A stretch of 64,000 bases of DNA from Escherichia phage F2. Positions 1 to 9,800 of this stretch are shown here, piece by piece. Each line of letters begins with the position of its first letter. The stretch's first letter is position 1. The stretch lies in the sequence record NC_054913.1; one strand, 5' to 3'. Under the pieces are notes generated by a model, which did not search any database, was not told the DNA's origin, and saw only the letters and a list, made by a program, of their open reading frames with translations. A program made the translations under genes and the position numbers.

Positions 1-159
1 TATCCCTATGATTTGTATAATATTTTCAATTGCATTGAGATACTTATGAAAAAATGCACTTCTTGTTATACTAAGAACAATTTGTGATACGGGTTTTTAC
101 ATCGCATGTTCGTTCACTGGAACATGGTTGGCTTTAACATATTTTAATGTAATTTAATT

Positions 160-189
160 GTTTACATCAAGGTAGGATTATGGTATAGT
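160..189 (+). promoter_or_regulatory. T4-type early promoter (GTTTAC -35, TGGTATAGT -10 region)
   Basis: GTTTAC at 160-165 and TATAGT-like -10 about 17 bp downstream; same architecture repeated before many plus-strand early genes. Confidence 0.5.
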
Positions 190-217
190 AGTCCTATCAA
201 AATATGAGGAACACAAA

Positions 218-418
218 ATGGCTAAGCTTTTTAAAGATGTTGAAATTGGTGAAAAATTTGTTCTGAATAATGGTCAGCAGCTTATTCGTGTAGCTTCTAT
301 CGCCGGACAAACTCATAACTGTATCGCCCCAACGTGTTGGACTCGATTCTTTATTGAAGATGACACTGAATGTTTAACTATTGAAGAGCTTTTTGAACGT
401 TCTGATATAGCCGAATAA
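218..418 (+). CDS. hypothetical small early protein
   Basis: 66-aa ORF with RBS GAGGAA upstream; follows an early promoter. Confidence 0.4.
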   Translation: MAKLFKDVEIGEKFVLNNGQQLIRVASIAGQTHNCIAPTCWTRFFIEDDTECLTIEELFERSDIAE

Positions 419-420
419 AA

Positions 421-450
421 TTGTACAAACTCTTGAGAGCAGAGTATAAT
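421..450 (+). promoter_or_regulatory. early promoter variant (TTGTAC -35, TATAAT -10) with inverted repeat flanking the -10
   Basis: TATAAT at 445-450 embedded in GAGAGCA...TGCTCTC inverted repeat; near-identical copy at 30095-30135. Confidence 0.45.
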
Positions 451-494
451 GCTCTCATGGATTACAAAAACATTAATCAATTGAGGAAATTAGC

Positions 495-941
495 ATGTCC
501 AAATATTTAACTCGTAAAGACCTTCTGGCAGTTGGCGGTGAAGTTGTTGCAGTAGTTCGTAATGGCGAATACGGTTCTGAAGTTTCTAAAGAGTTTCGTT
601 CTCGTGAAGGTTTTTACTTCTTTGTTAAAGGTTCATCTGACTGGCGTCAAGTTGCAGCACGATTCTTTGTAGGACGTCAACGTTCTAAACAAGGGTTGGA
701 TGCAATTCTTTCTCACATTCGTCAAGGCCGTTCGCAACTAGCCCGTACTATGGGCACTAACAATATTGAATATGATGTAATCTTTGTTGCAGCTAAGAAC
801 ATGAAACCCCTGACTACTGGTTATGGTAAAGGACAATTGGCTCTGGCATTCACTCGCAATCATACATCAGAATATCAAACACTCACTGAAATGAACCGTC
901 TTCTGGCTGATAATTTCAAATTCATTCTGCAGAGTTACTAA
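495..941 (+). CDS. ndd: Ndd nucleoid disruption protein
   Basis: 148 aa; C-terminal half ([37 protein letters not shown]) matches T4 Ndd as recalled; position upstream of gene 52. Confidence 0.8.
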   Translation: MSKYLTRKDLLAVGGEVVAVVRNGEYGSEVSKEFRSREGFYFFVKGSSDWRQVAARFFVGRQRSKQGLDAILSHIRQGRSQLARTMGTNNIEYDVIFVAAKNMKPLTTGYGKGQLALAFTRNHTSEYQTLTEMNRLLADNFKFILQSY

Positions 942-946
942 TTTAT

Positions 947-980
947 ACAGGCCTAGCTTAATAGGCCTTTAATTTATTTT
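947..980 (+). terminator. hairpin plus T-tract after ndd
   Basis: AGGCCT-agcttaat-AGGCCT stem-loop followed by TTAATTTATTTT. Confidence 0.4.
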
Positions 981-993
981 TGAGGTAATTAAA

Positions 994-1137
994 ATGGTAA
1001 CATGGATTGCATTGTTGTGTTGGTCGTTTTTATTCATTAACACTTTAGTTACAGGCGAAACAACAGTATTTCAACAGGCGGTATCACAAGGTACATTAGC
1101 GGTCTTAGCTCTTTTTAACGTATTAAAAGGCGAGTAA
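994..1137 (+). CDS. small hydrophobic membrane protein (47 aa), possibly ac-like
   Basis: ORF below track cutoff; RBS GAGG; hydrophobic MVTWIALLCWSFLFIN...; position between ndd and 52. Confidence 0.35.
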   Translation: MVTWIALLCWSFLFINTLVTGETTVFQQAVSQGTLAVLALFNVLKGE

Positions 1138-1277
1138 TGATTAAGAAAATCTTAGCAGGAGCCTTCGGGCTCTTGTTGTTGCTTACTGTTCTGTACTACG
1201 GTGTGATGTTTGGGCTAATCCAAGTAGTGCTTTTCATTTCGGATGTTATAATGGTTATTCGTTCATTAGTATGGTGA
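1137..1277 (+). CDS. small hydrophobic membrane protein (46 aa)
   Basis: ATG overlaps the upstream stop (TAATG); one predicted TM segment (AGAFGLLLLLTVLYYGVMFGLIQVVLF). Confidence 0.35.
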   Translation: MIKKILAGAFGLLLLLTVLYYGVMFGLIQVVLFISDVIMVIRSLVW

Positions 1278-1281
1278 AAAT

Positions 1282-2607
1282 ATGCAATTGAATTCTCGTA
1301 ATCTAAAAAGTATTATTGATAACGAAGCCTTAGCATATGCGATGTATACCGTTGAAAACCGTGCAATCCCAAACATGATTGATGGATTTAAGCCGGTTCA
1401 ACGTTTTGTGGTTCATCGTGCGTTAGATTTGGCTCGTGGTAATAAAGAAAAATTTCATAAACTTGCGTCAATTGCAGGCGGTGTTGCAGATTTAGGTTAT
1501 CACCATGGTGAAATCTCTGCGCAAGACGCGGGGGCTTTGATGGCTAACACATGGAATAATAACTTTCCTCTGTTAGACGGTCAAGGAAACTTTGGTTCTC
1601 GAACAGTCCAAAAAGCAGCGGCAAGTCGTTATATTTTTGCTCGTGTAAGTAAAAATTTCTATAACGTATATAAAGATACTGAATATGCTCCAGCTCATGA
1701 AGATAAAGAACACATTCCACCAAAATTCTATCTTCCTATTATTCCGACAGTTCTTTTGAATGGTGTCTCTGGTATTGCAACCGGTTACGCAACAAATATT
1801 CTGCCTCATAGTTTTAAATCAGTCAAAAAGGCCGTATTACAAGCTCTTCAAGGTAAAAATGTCACTAAGCCAAAAGTTGAATTCCCGGAATTCCGTGGTG
1901 AAGTACATGAAGTTGATGGGCGTTATGAGATTCACGGAACATATAAGTTCACATCTCGCACTCAAATGCAGATAACTGAAATCCCATATAAATTCGACCG
2001 TGAAACGTATGTGAGTAAGGTTCTTGACCTATTGGAAGACAAAGGTCTAATCTCATGGGAAGATGATTGCGGTGAACACGGCTTTGGGTTTAAGGTGAAG
2101 TTCCGTAAAGAGTACTCGCTTCCTGATGATGAAGAGCTACGTCATGAAAAAATCATGAAAGATTTTAGTCTCATCGAACGTCGTTCACAAAACATCACAG
2201 TGATTAATGAAAAGGGTAAATTAGCAGTCTACGATAACGTAGTGGACTTAATCAAAGATTTTGTTGAAGTCCGTAAGACTTACGTTCAGAAACGTATTGA
2301 CAACAAAATCCTTGAATCTGAAAAAGCGTTTAAACTTGCTTTTGCTAAGGCACACTTCATCAAAAAAGTTATTACAGGTGAAATTGTGATTCAGGGCAAG
2401 ACTCGTAAAGCTTTGACTGAAGAGCTAGCACAAATCGAAATGTATAAAGAACATGTCGATAAACTGGTAGGTCTTAACATCTTCCATATCACTTCCGACG
2501 AAGCACGTAAACTAGCAGAAGAAGCTAAAGCTAAGAAAGAAGAAAATGAGTATTGGAAGTCTACCGATGTTGTGACAGAGTACACTAAAGACTTGGAGGC
2601 ACTTTGA
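1282..2607 (+). CDS. 52: DNA topoisomerase II medium subunit gp52
   Basis: 441 aa, close in length to T4 gp52 (~442 aa); strong similarity to type II topoisomerase A-subunit N-terminal region; synteny with motA. Confidence 0.95.
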   Translation: MQLNSRNLKSIIDNEALAYAMYTVENRAIPNMIDGFKPVQRFVVHRALDLARGNKEKFHKLASIAGGVADLGYHHGEISAQDAGALMANTWNNNFPLLDGQGNFGSRTVQKAAASRYIFARVSKNFYNVYKDTEYAPAHEDKEHIPPKFYLPIIPTVLLNGVSGIATGYATNILPHSFKSVKKAVLQALQGKNVTKPKVEFPEFRGEVHEVDGRYEIHGTYKFTSRTQMQITEIPYKFDRETYVSKVLDLLEDKGLISWEDDCGEHGFGFKVKFRKEYSLPDDEELRHEKIMKDFSLIERRSQNITVINEKGKLAVYDNVVDLIKDFVEVRKTYVQKRIDNKILESEKAFKLAFAKAHFIKKVITGEIVIQGKTRKALTEELAQIEMYKEHVDKLVGLNIFHITSDEARKLAEEAKAKKEENEYWKSTDVVTEYTKDLEAL

Positions 2608-2683
2608 GTGCCATAGCCTTAGGATTTCTCGGTGCAATAGCTGCACTAGTGATTTGGCTGTATTGGTTGGACAAACATGATTA

Positions 2684-2705
2684 GGGAGCTTCGGCTCCCT
2701 TTTGT
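2684..2705 (+). terminator. intrinsic terminator after gene 52
   Basis: GGGAGC-TTCG-GCTCCC hairpin followed by TTTTGTG. Confidence 0.6.
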
Positions 2706-2725
2706 GCATTTTTCTCACAAAAACA

Positions 2726-2754
2726 GTTTACTTTTGCTTCAAACATGATATTAT
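2726..2754 (+). promoter_or_regulatory. early promoter upstream of motA
   Basis: GTTTAC at 2726-2731, TATTAT -10 region, followed by conserved TATAGACCTATCAAAA leader. Confidence 0.55.
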
Positions 2755-2793
2755 AGACCTATCAAAACAAAACAACCAAATTGGAGAAATAAA

Positions 2794-3426
2794 ATGTCTA
2801 AAGTTACTTACATCATCAAAGCTTCTGAAAACGCTCTGAATGAAAAAACTGCCGCAATAATGGTTTATATCATTAAGAACAACTTCACCACTGCTGCCAA
2901 TGTCCGTGAAGCTCTAGAAGCGGAATACAATGCATCGGTTGTTAACTCTAACATTGGCGTATTGATTAAGAAAGGTTTAGTCGAAAAATCCGGTGATGGA
3001 CTTATAGCAACAGGCGAAGCAATGGATATTATCCAAAAAGCTGCAGACCTCTTTGCCCAAGAAAATGCTCCAGAACTTCTTCAGAAACGTAACACTAGAA
3101 AAGCACGTGGAGTTACTCCTGAAATGCATGAATTAGCAAACTTTGTTTTTGAAAATATTAAAGATAAAGTTGAAGTTAAAGAAATTGGTGAAAACCGTAG
3201 TAACTTGGAAGTTCGATTTGCAAAACGAGTTCTAGGTATTCGTCAGATCGAAATTCGTCGAAATGGTTCTCTTAGAATCTTTGCATACAACATGTCAGAA
3301 ACCGAATCAAAGCTGTTTACTTCTCTTGAAAATGATGTTAAGATTAAGATCGGTGGTAAATATACTTACATTGACTTCCCTAATGTGTCCAAAGAAATCA
3401 TTACCCTTGTAACTAACGTACTGTGA
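2794..3426 (+). CDS. motA: MotA middle-transcription activator
   Basis: 210 aa; MSKVTYIIKAS... and NSNIGVLIKKGLVEKSGDGLI motifs match T4 MotA as recalled. Confidence 0.95.
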   Translation: MSKVTYIIKASENALNEKTAAIMVYIIKNNFTTAANVREALEAEYNASVVNSNIGVLIKKGLVEKSGDGLIATGEAMDIIQKAADLFAQENAPELLQKRNTRKARGVTPEMHELANFVFENIKDKVEVKEIGENRSNLEVRFAKRVLGIRQIEIRRNGSLRIFAYNMSETESKLFTSLENDVKIKIGGKYTYIDFPNVSKEIITLVTNVL

Positions 3427-3436
3427 GGAATACATA

Positions 3437-3793
3437 ATGAATAAGCTGAATATTATTAACGAACTTCGTAAATGTGCAGAACCTACTCAGGAAGGATGGG
3501 ATATTTGGTACCACGGGGCTTATCTTGGAACTATAGTTAAAGTTAAAGCTGGGTTATATTTAATTATTCGCGAAAATTCTGAATTCCCTAATGGAGTAGC
3601 TCCTGGCGGTATACGTAAAAACTTTATGGCAGCGATCAGTTCATTTGTTGATGCCGCTTACGAAATCTATAAAGAAGATTATAAAGAAGATTATAAAGAA
3701 TATCAGCAGTCACAACCGGTTATTCGTTCGATTGGTGTAAATAAACAAGCACAAAAATCTATTTGGCAACGTATTAAGGAATGGTTTAAATGA
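3437..3793 (+). CDS. hypothetical protein with [12 protein letters not shown] repeat
   Basis: 118-aa ORF; RBS GAGGAA; tandem 12-nt DNA repeat at 3671-3699. Confidence 0.5.
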   Translation: MNKLNIINELRKCAEPTQEGWDIWYHGAYLGTIVKVKAGLYLIIRENSEFPNGVAPGGIRKNFMAAISSFVDAAYEIYKEDYKEDYKEYQQSQPVIRSIGVNKQAQKSIWQRIKEWFK

Positions 3794-4251
3794 AATCATT
3801 TAAAGAACGTTTAGAGCTATTAGATTTGGCCTTGTCTCGTGAGACTCCTGAAAGTCTAGCAGAAAAATTACAGTCCTACGGTTATAATTATTCTGCTGAT
3901 GATGTAATGAATGAAGTTCCTGAAATCTGTTGGCAAACGTGCTATTGGAATAATGACCAAAAAGTTCAACGTGTTATAGTATGTGCAGCTAATAGGTTTA
4001 AATTGAAGAGTGGTGGAACTCTGGTTATTCCTGGAGTTCGTCATTACTCTAAAGATATGGCTGAAGTACTTGATATAGTTGGTCCTCAATTAGTCTCGCA
4101 ACAAGTTTGTGGTGACGATCAAGGCTTTATCGACCAATACTCTAATTACTGGACTCGTGAAGAAGCAATGATTATTGCAACGTATGCTGGACAGGTACGT
4201 ATTGAACGTGGCGGAAGTGAGAAAGAACTTTATTCAGAGGACCTTTATTAA
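3790..4251 (+). CDS. hypothetical protein
   Basis: 153-aa ORF, start overlaps upstream stop (ATGA coupling). Confidence 0.5.
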   Translation: MKSFKERLELLDLALSRETPESLAEKLQSYGYNYSADDVMNEVPEICWQTCYWNNDQKVQRVIVCAANRFKLKSGGTLVIPGVRHYSKDMAEVLDIVGPQLVSQQVCGDDQGFIDQYSNYWTREEAMIIATYAGQVRIERGGSEKELYSEDLY

Positions 4252-4532
4252 TGAATATTAAACAACTCCAGAAAGATGCTATTGAATCACGCATCCAAGA
4301 TATCAAACGTCTTAATCATATGATGGAAGAAAACTATGGTATGTATGCTAATCAGCCTGGTTGGGACGCTTTAGACCATCCTTATTTGGTTAATTTATGT
4401 AAAGGTGATACGTTAGCAATTATTCGTGATGGGTTAAAACCTTTCTTACGCGACATGTATATTAAAATGAACGAAGAAATTATTAGCTCGTTGCAATATC
4501 AATTAAGGAAATTAGATGATGAGAATAATTGA
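4251..4532 (+). CDS. hypothetical protein, possibly Arn-like
   Basis: 93 aa, translationally coupled; size and position between motA and asiA resemble T4 arn; not verified by sequence. Confidence 0.35.
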   Translation: MNIKQLQKDAIESRIQDIKRLNHMMEENYGMYANQPGWDALDHPYLVNLCKGDTLAIIRDGLKPFLRDMYIKMNEEIISSLQYQLRKLDDENN

Positions 4533-4743
4533 TTCTAAAGCAGATTATTTTAATTCTGTTAATGATAAGAATAAAGCTTTAATTCGCCACTTTATTACTG
4601 AGATGGGATACACTGACTCTAAAGATTTGAAAGAGCACATTATCGAATGTTCTGTGGCTAAAAAGTTTTCTTTTACCGATAAATGTTTAAACGAGGTTAT
4701 AAAGCATTATGAACAATCTTGTAGCAAAACACGATTTCAATAA
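4516..4743 (+). CDS. hypothetical protein
   Basis: 75-aa ORF overlapping upstream ORF end. Confidence 0.4.
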   Translation: MMRIIDSKADYFNSVNDKNKALIRHFITEMGYTDSKDLKEHIIECSVAKKFSFTDKCLNEVIKHYEQSCSKTRFQ

Positions 4744-4817
4744 GGCTTCTGTTCATAAGGACAAGAAGAAATCAGAACTTCAATCTAAACGTAAACAAAA
4801 ACATAAGGGTAAAGACT

Positions 4818-5117
4818 ATGCTTACTAAAATCAAAGAAAATCCTTCAACTGAACTTGTTATTCGATGCGAAGAACTTGCAGAGCTTTATCAGGTTAACCG
4901 AGAAGTATATCGTAGTGTTGTTGCAGATATGGCAGACGAAGTATGTTCTCGTATTCCTTTTAGTGTTGATTTCAATCACATGAAGCCTGGTGAAATCACT
5001 ATCGTCTTTGGTTCTGACTATACTGAAGAACGGGCTCTTAATGCCCTAGAATATGAAATGTCGTTCTTCGACATACAGGACTATATTGATAGTTATAAGG
5101 AACGATATGAGTCATAA
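4818..5117 (+). CDS. hypothetical protein
   Basis: 99-aa ORF with RBS AAGGG. Confidence 0.45.
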   Translation: MLTKIKENPSTELVIRCEELAELYQVNREVYRSVVADMADEVCSRIPFSVDFNHMKPGEITIVFGSDYTEERALNALEYEMSFFDIQDYIDSYKERYES

Positions 5118-5268
5118 TCTTCAGAACGTAGTAGAGGCCGAACGTGAGCGTGAGGCTTTAGTCTATAATGAACTATTAGTTCCGTTCTTGGCCTTACACT
5201 CGTACGAACAGGAAGACTACACCAATTACGTTAAAAGCGTAGAAAAAGCCATTTACAATCAACACTGA
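5107..5268 (+). CDS. hypothetical small protein
   Basis: In-frame ATG at 5107 with AGGAA RBS; the upstream extension in the track overlaps the previous ORF. Confidence 0.3.
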   Translation: MSHNLQNVVEAEREREALVYNELLVPFLALHSYEQEDYTNYVKSVEKAIYNQH

Positions 5269-5314
5269 TAATGGTACTATACTCTTATCAATTAAGTGGA
5301 ATGAATAAAACGTT

Positions 5315-5587
5315 ATGAATAAAGACATTGAAATCGTACGTGAAATTATTACTATTGCTTCTATTTTGATTAAATTCTCTAGGGAAGATATTGTTGAAGA
5401 CCGAGCAAGTTTCATCGGATTCTTGAATGAGATTGGAATTAAAAAAGATGGTCGGCAGCTAAATCAGAATTCGTTCAGAAAACTAATTACAAATTTAACT
5501 GCCGAAGAAAAGAAAACACTGATTAGTGAATTCAACGAAGGTTTTGAAAATATTTATCGTCATTTAGCGATGTATTCTAACAACTAA
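5315..5587 (+). CDS. asiA: AsiA anti-sigma70 factor
   Basis: 90 aa, same length as T4 AsiA; VREIIT.ASILIKFSREDIVE...FLNEIG motifs match as recalled. Confidence 0.9.
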   Translation: MNKDIEIVREIITIASILIKFSREDIVEDRASFIGFLNEIGIKKDGRQLNQNSFRKLITNLTAEEKKTLISEFNEGFENIYRHLAMYSNN

Positions 5588-6247
5588 TTATTTGGCCCTT
5601 CCTAGTATTCGGACCGCTTGGTTGCATATAGCCGCTAAGCGATCCTCCTCAAGTATATTACTCCCCTTATACCAATACATCGTCACAGTTCCGGCATAGA
5701 TGTTATCCAAATTAAAGTATGGACAACTATACATATAAGAAAGTTCGGCAGTCTTAGATTTTGTAGGCAAAAATGCAAATTCTGATTTAGATGAGAAATG
5801 ACGGCCACTTAAATGAATTATATATTCATTGGCCGTTTTATCCACCGGGAATCCGCCAAGGGACTTTTCAGAAATTGTGCTAGGTAGTTTGCCTTCATAA
5901 GCTATAAGGTCGACAAAATAATTTAAGTTTTTAGGTCTGAAAGAATACACAGCACTAAAATCTGCACCAGATGAGATATGAACTATTTGCAGTTGTTCTA
6001 GAGCCGCAGATTCAAAACGTAAAGCTCGTTCTTTTTGGATTATTTCAGTATAAGTATCATACTTAGCTCTTACGTAATAATCCAGCAAAATACTTCCTTT
6101 GTACCATATTAGTGCCATTAGGAACAAAAGAATAATTACCGCTACTCGGGACATTAAAACCTTTCCAGTAGCGTTATCTTTGAAAATACGATCTAGCAAC
6201 CCAAATAGAATATCACTAAGTGAAAATGATACTTTTGGTGTTGCCAT
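5588..6247 (-). CDS. t: holin t
   Basis: 219 aa; N-terminal SFS.SDILFG.LDR.FKDNATGKVL and C-terminal motifs match T4 holin; TM segment VAVIILLFLMALIWY. Confidence 0.95.
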   Translation of the reverse strand: MATPKVSFSLSDILFGLLDRIFKDNATGKVLMSRVAVIILLFLMALIWYKGSILLDYYVRAKYDTYTEIIQKERALRFESAALEQLQIVHISSGADFSAVYSFRPKNLNYFVDLIAYEGKLPSTISEKSLGGFPVDKTANEYIIHLSGRHFSSKSEFAFLPTKSKTAELSYMYSCPYFNLDNIYAGTVTMYWYKGSNILEEDRLAAICNQAVRILGRAK

Positions 6248-6256
6248 AATACCTCC

Positions 6257-6808
6257 TTACTTAAAGATATTTATAATCGCTTTGATAATAGATTTGTTTT
6301 CAAGGTCAGGGAATTTAGGGAATTCACCGCCAAGATGTTCATGTTTTTCTAAAAGGGCAAAGAATTTTTTGAGCTCTTTAAATTTTCGTTTTTCTTCTCT
6401 ATTAGCAACCTCTGCGTCAATAAGAGAACTTAAAACACTGAATAATTTATAGAGTTCATGAATTTTCTTATCACGTTGAACTACGCGTTTATATGCTTCA
6501 TCTTCCTTCCACCCGTCGTCGGTCCAAATGTCAAATTCACCAGGTTCTTCTGTAGTAACATTTTGAAGAGCACCTGGGGTGTCAATAACAATTTTTTGCT
6601 TATCATAAGTCCATACTGTTTTTCCACGATGGTCTTCAACATATACCCATTCTTGTTCGCGTTCATCAAATACAACAGCATAGCCTTCTTTAGGGTCTAA
6701 AGGTTTTTTAATTGTTGAATGAGCGGGAAGACCAAGACCTTTAACCGGTTTGTAATTTTCTTCTTTGTAAAATTCTTTAGTGTCAAAATAATAATGATAT
6801 ATTTTCAT
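6257..6808 (-). CDS. 38: gp38 tail-fibre assembly protein (T4-type)
   Basis: 183 aa; N-terminus MKIYHYYFDTKEFYKEENYKPVKGLGLPAHSTIKKPL matches T4 gp38 as recalled; directly downstream of gene 37. Confidence 0.9.
   Translation of the reverse strand: MKIYHYYFDTKEFYKEENYKPVKGLGLPAHSTIKKPLDPKEGYAVVFDEREQEWVYVEDHRGKTVWTYDKQKIVIDTPGALQNVTTEEPGEFDIWTDDGWKEDEAYKRVVQRDKKIHELYKLFSVLSSLIDAEVANREEKRKFKELKKFFALLEKHEHLGGEFPKFPDLENKSIIKAIINIFK
6268..6275 (-). promoter_or_regulatory. late promoter TATAAATA for t
   Basis: TATTTATA on plus strand equals TATAAATA on minus, about 20 bp upstream of the t start. Confidence 0.5.
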
Positions 6809-6840
6809 ATTTAGAAGGGGCCGAAGCCCCTCTCCTTATG
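6809..6840 (-). promoter_or_regulatory. structured translation initiation region of gene 38
   Basis: On the mRNA, AAGGAG is followed by GGGGC-UUCG-GCCCC hairpin and then 8 nt to the AUG. Confidence 0.5.
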
Positions 6841-9800
6841 CTAAACGAACGATATAGTTAAAAGCAATGTTTTTAACCGTGTTTTCTGTATTACCTGTAC
6901 TATTTACAGTTATTGTATGTCCATGTGAACCAATTGCTACTGAATGGGTGTGAGCACCAATACCAACTGTATGGGTATGAGCACCAATACCAACAGTATG
7001 TGCGTGAGCGCCTGCGCTTGCAGCAGTACCAGATATAGAGTGCGAATGTGCCCCAGAAGAAGAAGAAGTTCCAAGCGTATTACCACCACCGGCGGATCCT
7101 CTTATAGAACCAGTACCAGGAGAGTTGTTACTTCCCGCATAAAGAGCGCTTGTGTGGCTGTGCGCACCGGCGGTGTTTGTGGAACCGCTCAAACTATGCG
7201 TATGAGCACCAGTATTATTACTGGTCTTAGTACCATAGTCGAAACTACTTGTCGTCTTAGTACCATAGTCAAAGCTTGATGTGGTTTTAGTACCTAAATC
7301 TGTGCTTGATGCACTTGCACTATGACTATGAGCCTTAACACCATCTGCCTCAGCGCTCAAAACAGCACGACCACTTGGTTTACCCTTGATAGTTTGTCCA
7401 CGCATATCAGGAATAGTACCTGTAGGATATGCGATAGCGAGCTTAGGATATGCAGACTTATCAAAAGTCTGACCTTCCATTAAAGCAAATCCAGCAGGAA
7501 CTGAATCACTTGGCCACGGAATCGGAGCACCGACTGGATAAGGTATTTGAGCATCAGAATACATCATATACACTTGACCAACAAGGTGACCAGCGGGTAA
7601 TTCTGCGACTGGGGTTTGGGGGCCTTCGTTAATTCCAACAACTGTCACGGCAGAGTTAGACGAACATTCATATTCAACTATTAACGAGTTTGAGAACGTT
7701 CCAACATATACATAAACATCGTAGGTGTCACCTGAAGTATTCATTGTAGCAATATTGGCGAAACCATTGCTGGTTCTAGCCCACATAGTGGCGTTAATAC
7801 CTTTAGGATTATTGTTGCCAGTACGAAGAACTATTTCGGTAATAGTGGCTTGTTCCGGTGAATTAGCATTAAATCCATTACCGCCAATTATTTTAAAGCT
7901 TGCTGTTCCTACAGCTTGTGGAATAGTTACTGTTGCAAATTTATACCATCCGGCGGTTGCTCCACCCTGCCAGCCGCCAGTATTAACTTTACGGTCTAAA
8001 GTAGTGTTTAAGTTAGCAAAGTTACCAGAGCCACCGGTGATATTACCGTCAGTTCCTAAAGTTGCGGCACCTGCAATAATTTTACCAGGTACGCGGAAGT
8101 CACCGGTACGACGGAATTCCCAACTTAAATCAGTTCCGGTAGTACTATTGCCCTGGTGATAATGGACGCGGAAGTCTCCTTGAGAAATTAAGGTGCCAAT
8201 AGAATAAGTGCTATCACCATTTACATACCGTTGTTTAACAATAGGAATGTATTCAGAAGTAGCAGTACGCTCTATATTCATATAAATTGGAGCCCTGACA
8301 TCTGCGTAATTCTGAGATGCAAACGAACCAGCTCCTGCTGGGCGTACCGTATCAGTACATTCGGCCTCAATATATGCAGCCTGACCTAATTGCATACGGT
8401 AATTAGGAGAAATGCGGCTATGACTAGTAACAACAACAATTTTGCTGTCATTGTCCACGGTAATCATATTGCCACCTCTGCCATCATCGCCTAACGTGAC
8501 AGAATGGCGCATTTGAACCATACCATTATTAAGGCCGATACTTAATGGGCGAAGATTACTTATTCCACCGAACCGCCCGGCATCTTTAGGAGTCGGAATA
8601 ATATGCAATGCGGCTTCTGAACGACGGAAAATAGCACCGTATTCAGCATTCCAAATTCTTAATGCATCAGCTGTTCCACCGAATTTAGCTTGACCGTTTA
8701 CAGATAATCCGCTATTAGCAACTAAACTTGATTCAGTAGCAATAGAGCCGGAAGCAGTAATACCACCGGAAGCTAATAATGCTCCAGCAATTCTAAATTG
8801 AATTGGTCCTACAGTTGAACCTGCTGCAGGAGCCGTACGTTGTGCATAAAAATAATAACCTTGGCCGTCAGCAACTTCAAACACAGTTTCACGAGATTTA
8901 TCACCAGACGTATTATTAGCAGTGCCCCATGCTTTAACAGTTACATAACTCTTATTCTGACCTGAACGAGTACCACCTTCCCACACGATTTGCTTAGTGC
9001 CGTCAATACCTGAAGCTGCTTTAAAAACTAGAGAAGCGTTGGTTCCATCACCATTAAAATATAATCCATTATTAAGCTTTAATGTTTGAACAGAAGCAAT
9101 AGTGCCATCGGCACGTAAATTTAATGAATTTGAACCAGTTTTAATATCTAAAATACCAGGCTCAATAAGAAGACCATCGCCCATACTAACAGACATGCGT
9201 CCTTGGCCACGGAAATAGTGATACATTTTAGCGTTAGAACTATAACCGATATGAGTCTGACCATCACCGTTATTATTACCATCAACATCAGTACGCGCAG
9301 TAAACATTGCCTGATTGCTATTAGGAAAATCCCATGTAGTACCAGAATCACGGCTATAACCGACCATCAATTTTTTAGTACTGTTAATACCATTGCTGTT
9401 TATTGTACCCGCAGAAATACCATTCGCAACTAAATCGATAACCCCGTCACGAACCCATTTAATACCAGTATCATTGTCACCAATTGCAATACCTTTACCA
9501 AACGAAACCAATGGATAACGTCCTTGGTCACCAACATCAGCAAGACCTATACCTATCGAATTAGCAACAGACATACGCCCATCTGTGGTATAAGACCATT
9601 GATAAACTTCAGCATTACGTCCCGTCCAATACGAAATATTCTGTGGTTTACCTGAACGAGCATCAGCAACTTCATGGAAAATAGCAGAAGAAACATGTCC
9701 GCGGAATTTACGAAGGTAGTTTATACCATTAGTATCCAAATCCGTTTCGGTTGGAGTATACTGCCAAGTAGGTAATGAAACTAAATCATATGCAGTATCA

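Noticed and set aside
2604-2684. Possible 26-codon hydrophobic ORF starting at TTG just after gene 52
   Set aside because: Non-ATG start with no RBS, and very short; not supportable from sequence alone.
2733-2741. MotA-box-like TTTGCTTCA upstream of motA
   Set aside because: It lies between the -35 and -10 of the early promoter, and no TAnnnT is at the 11-13 bp spacing required for a middle promoter.
6944-8159. Plus-strand ORFs of 111 and 144 aa (6944-7279, 7725-8159) inside gene 37
   Set aside because: Antisense to a confidently identified tail-fibre gene; low-complexity, Arg/Ser/Pro-rich translations typical of reverse frames.
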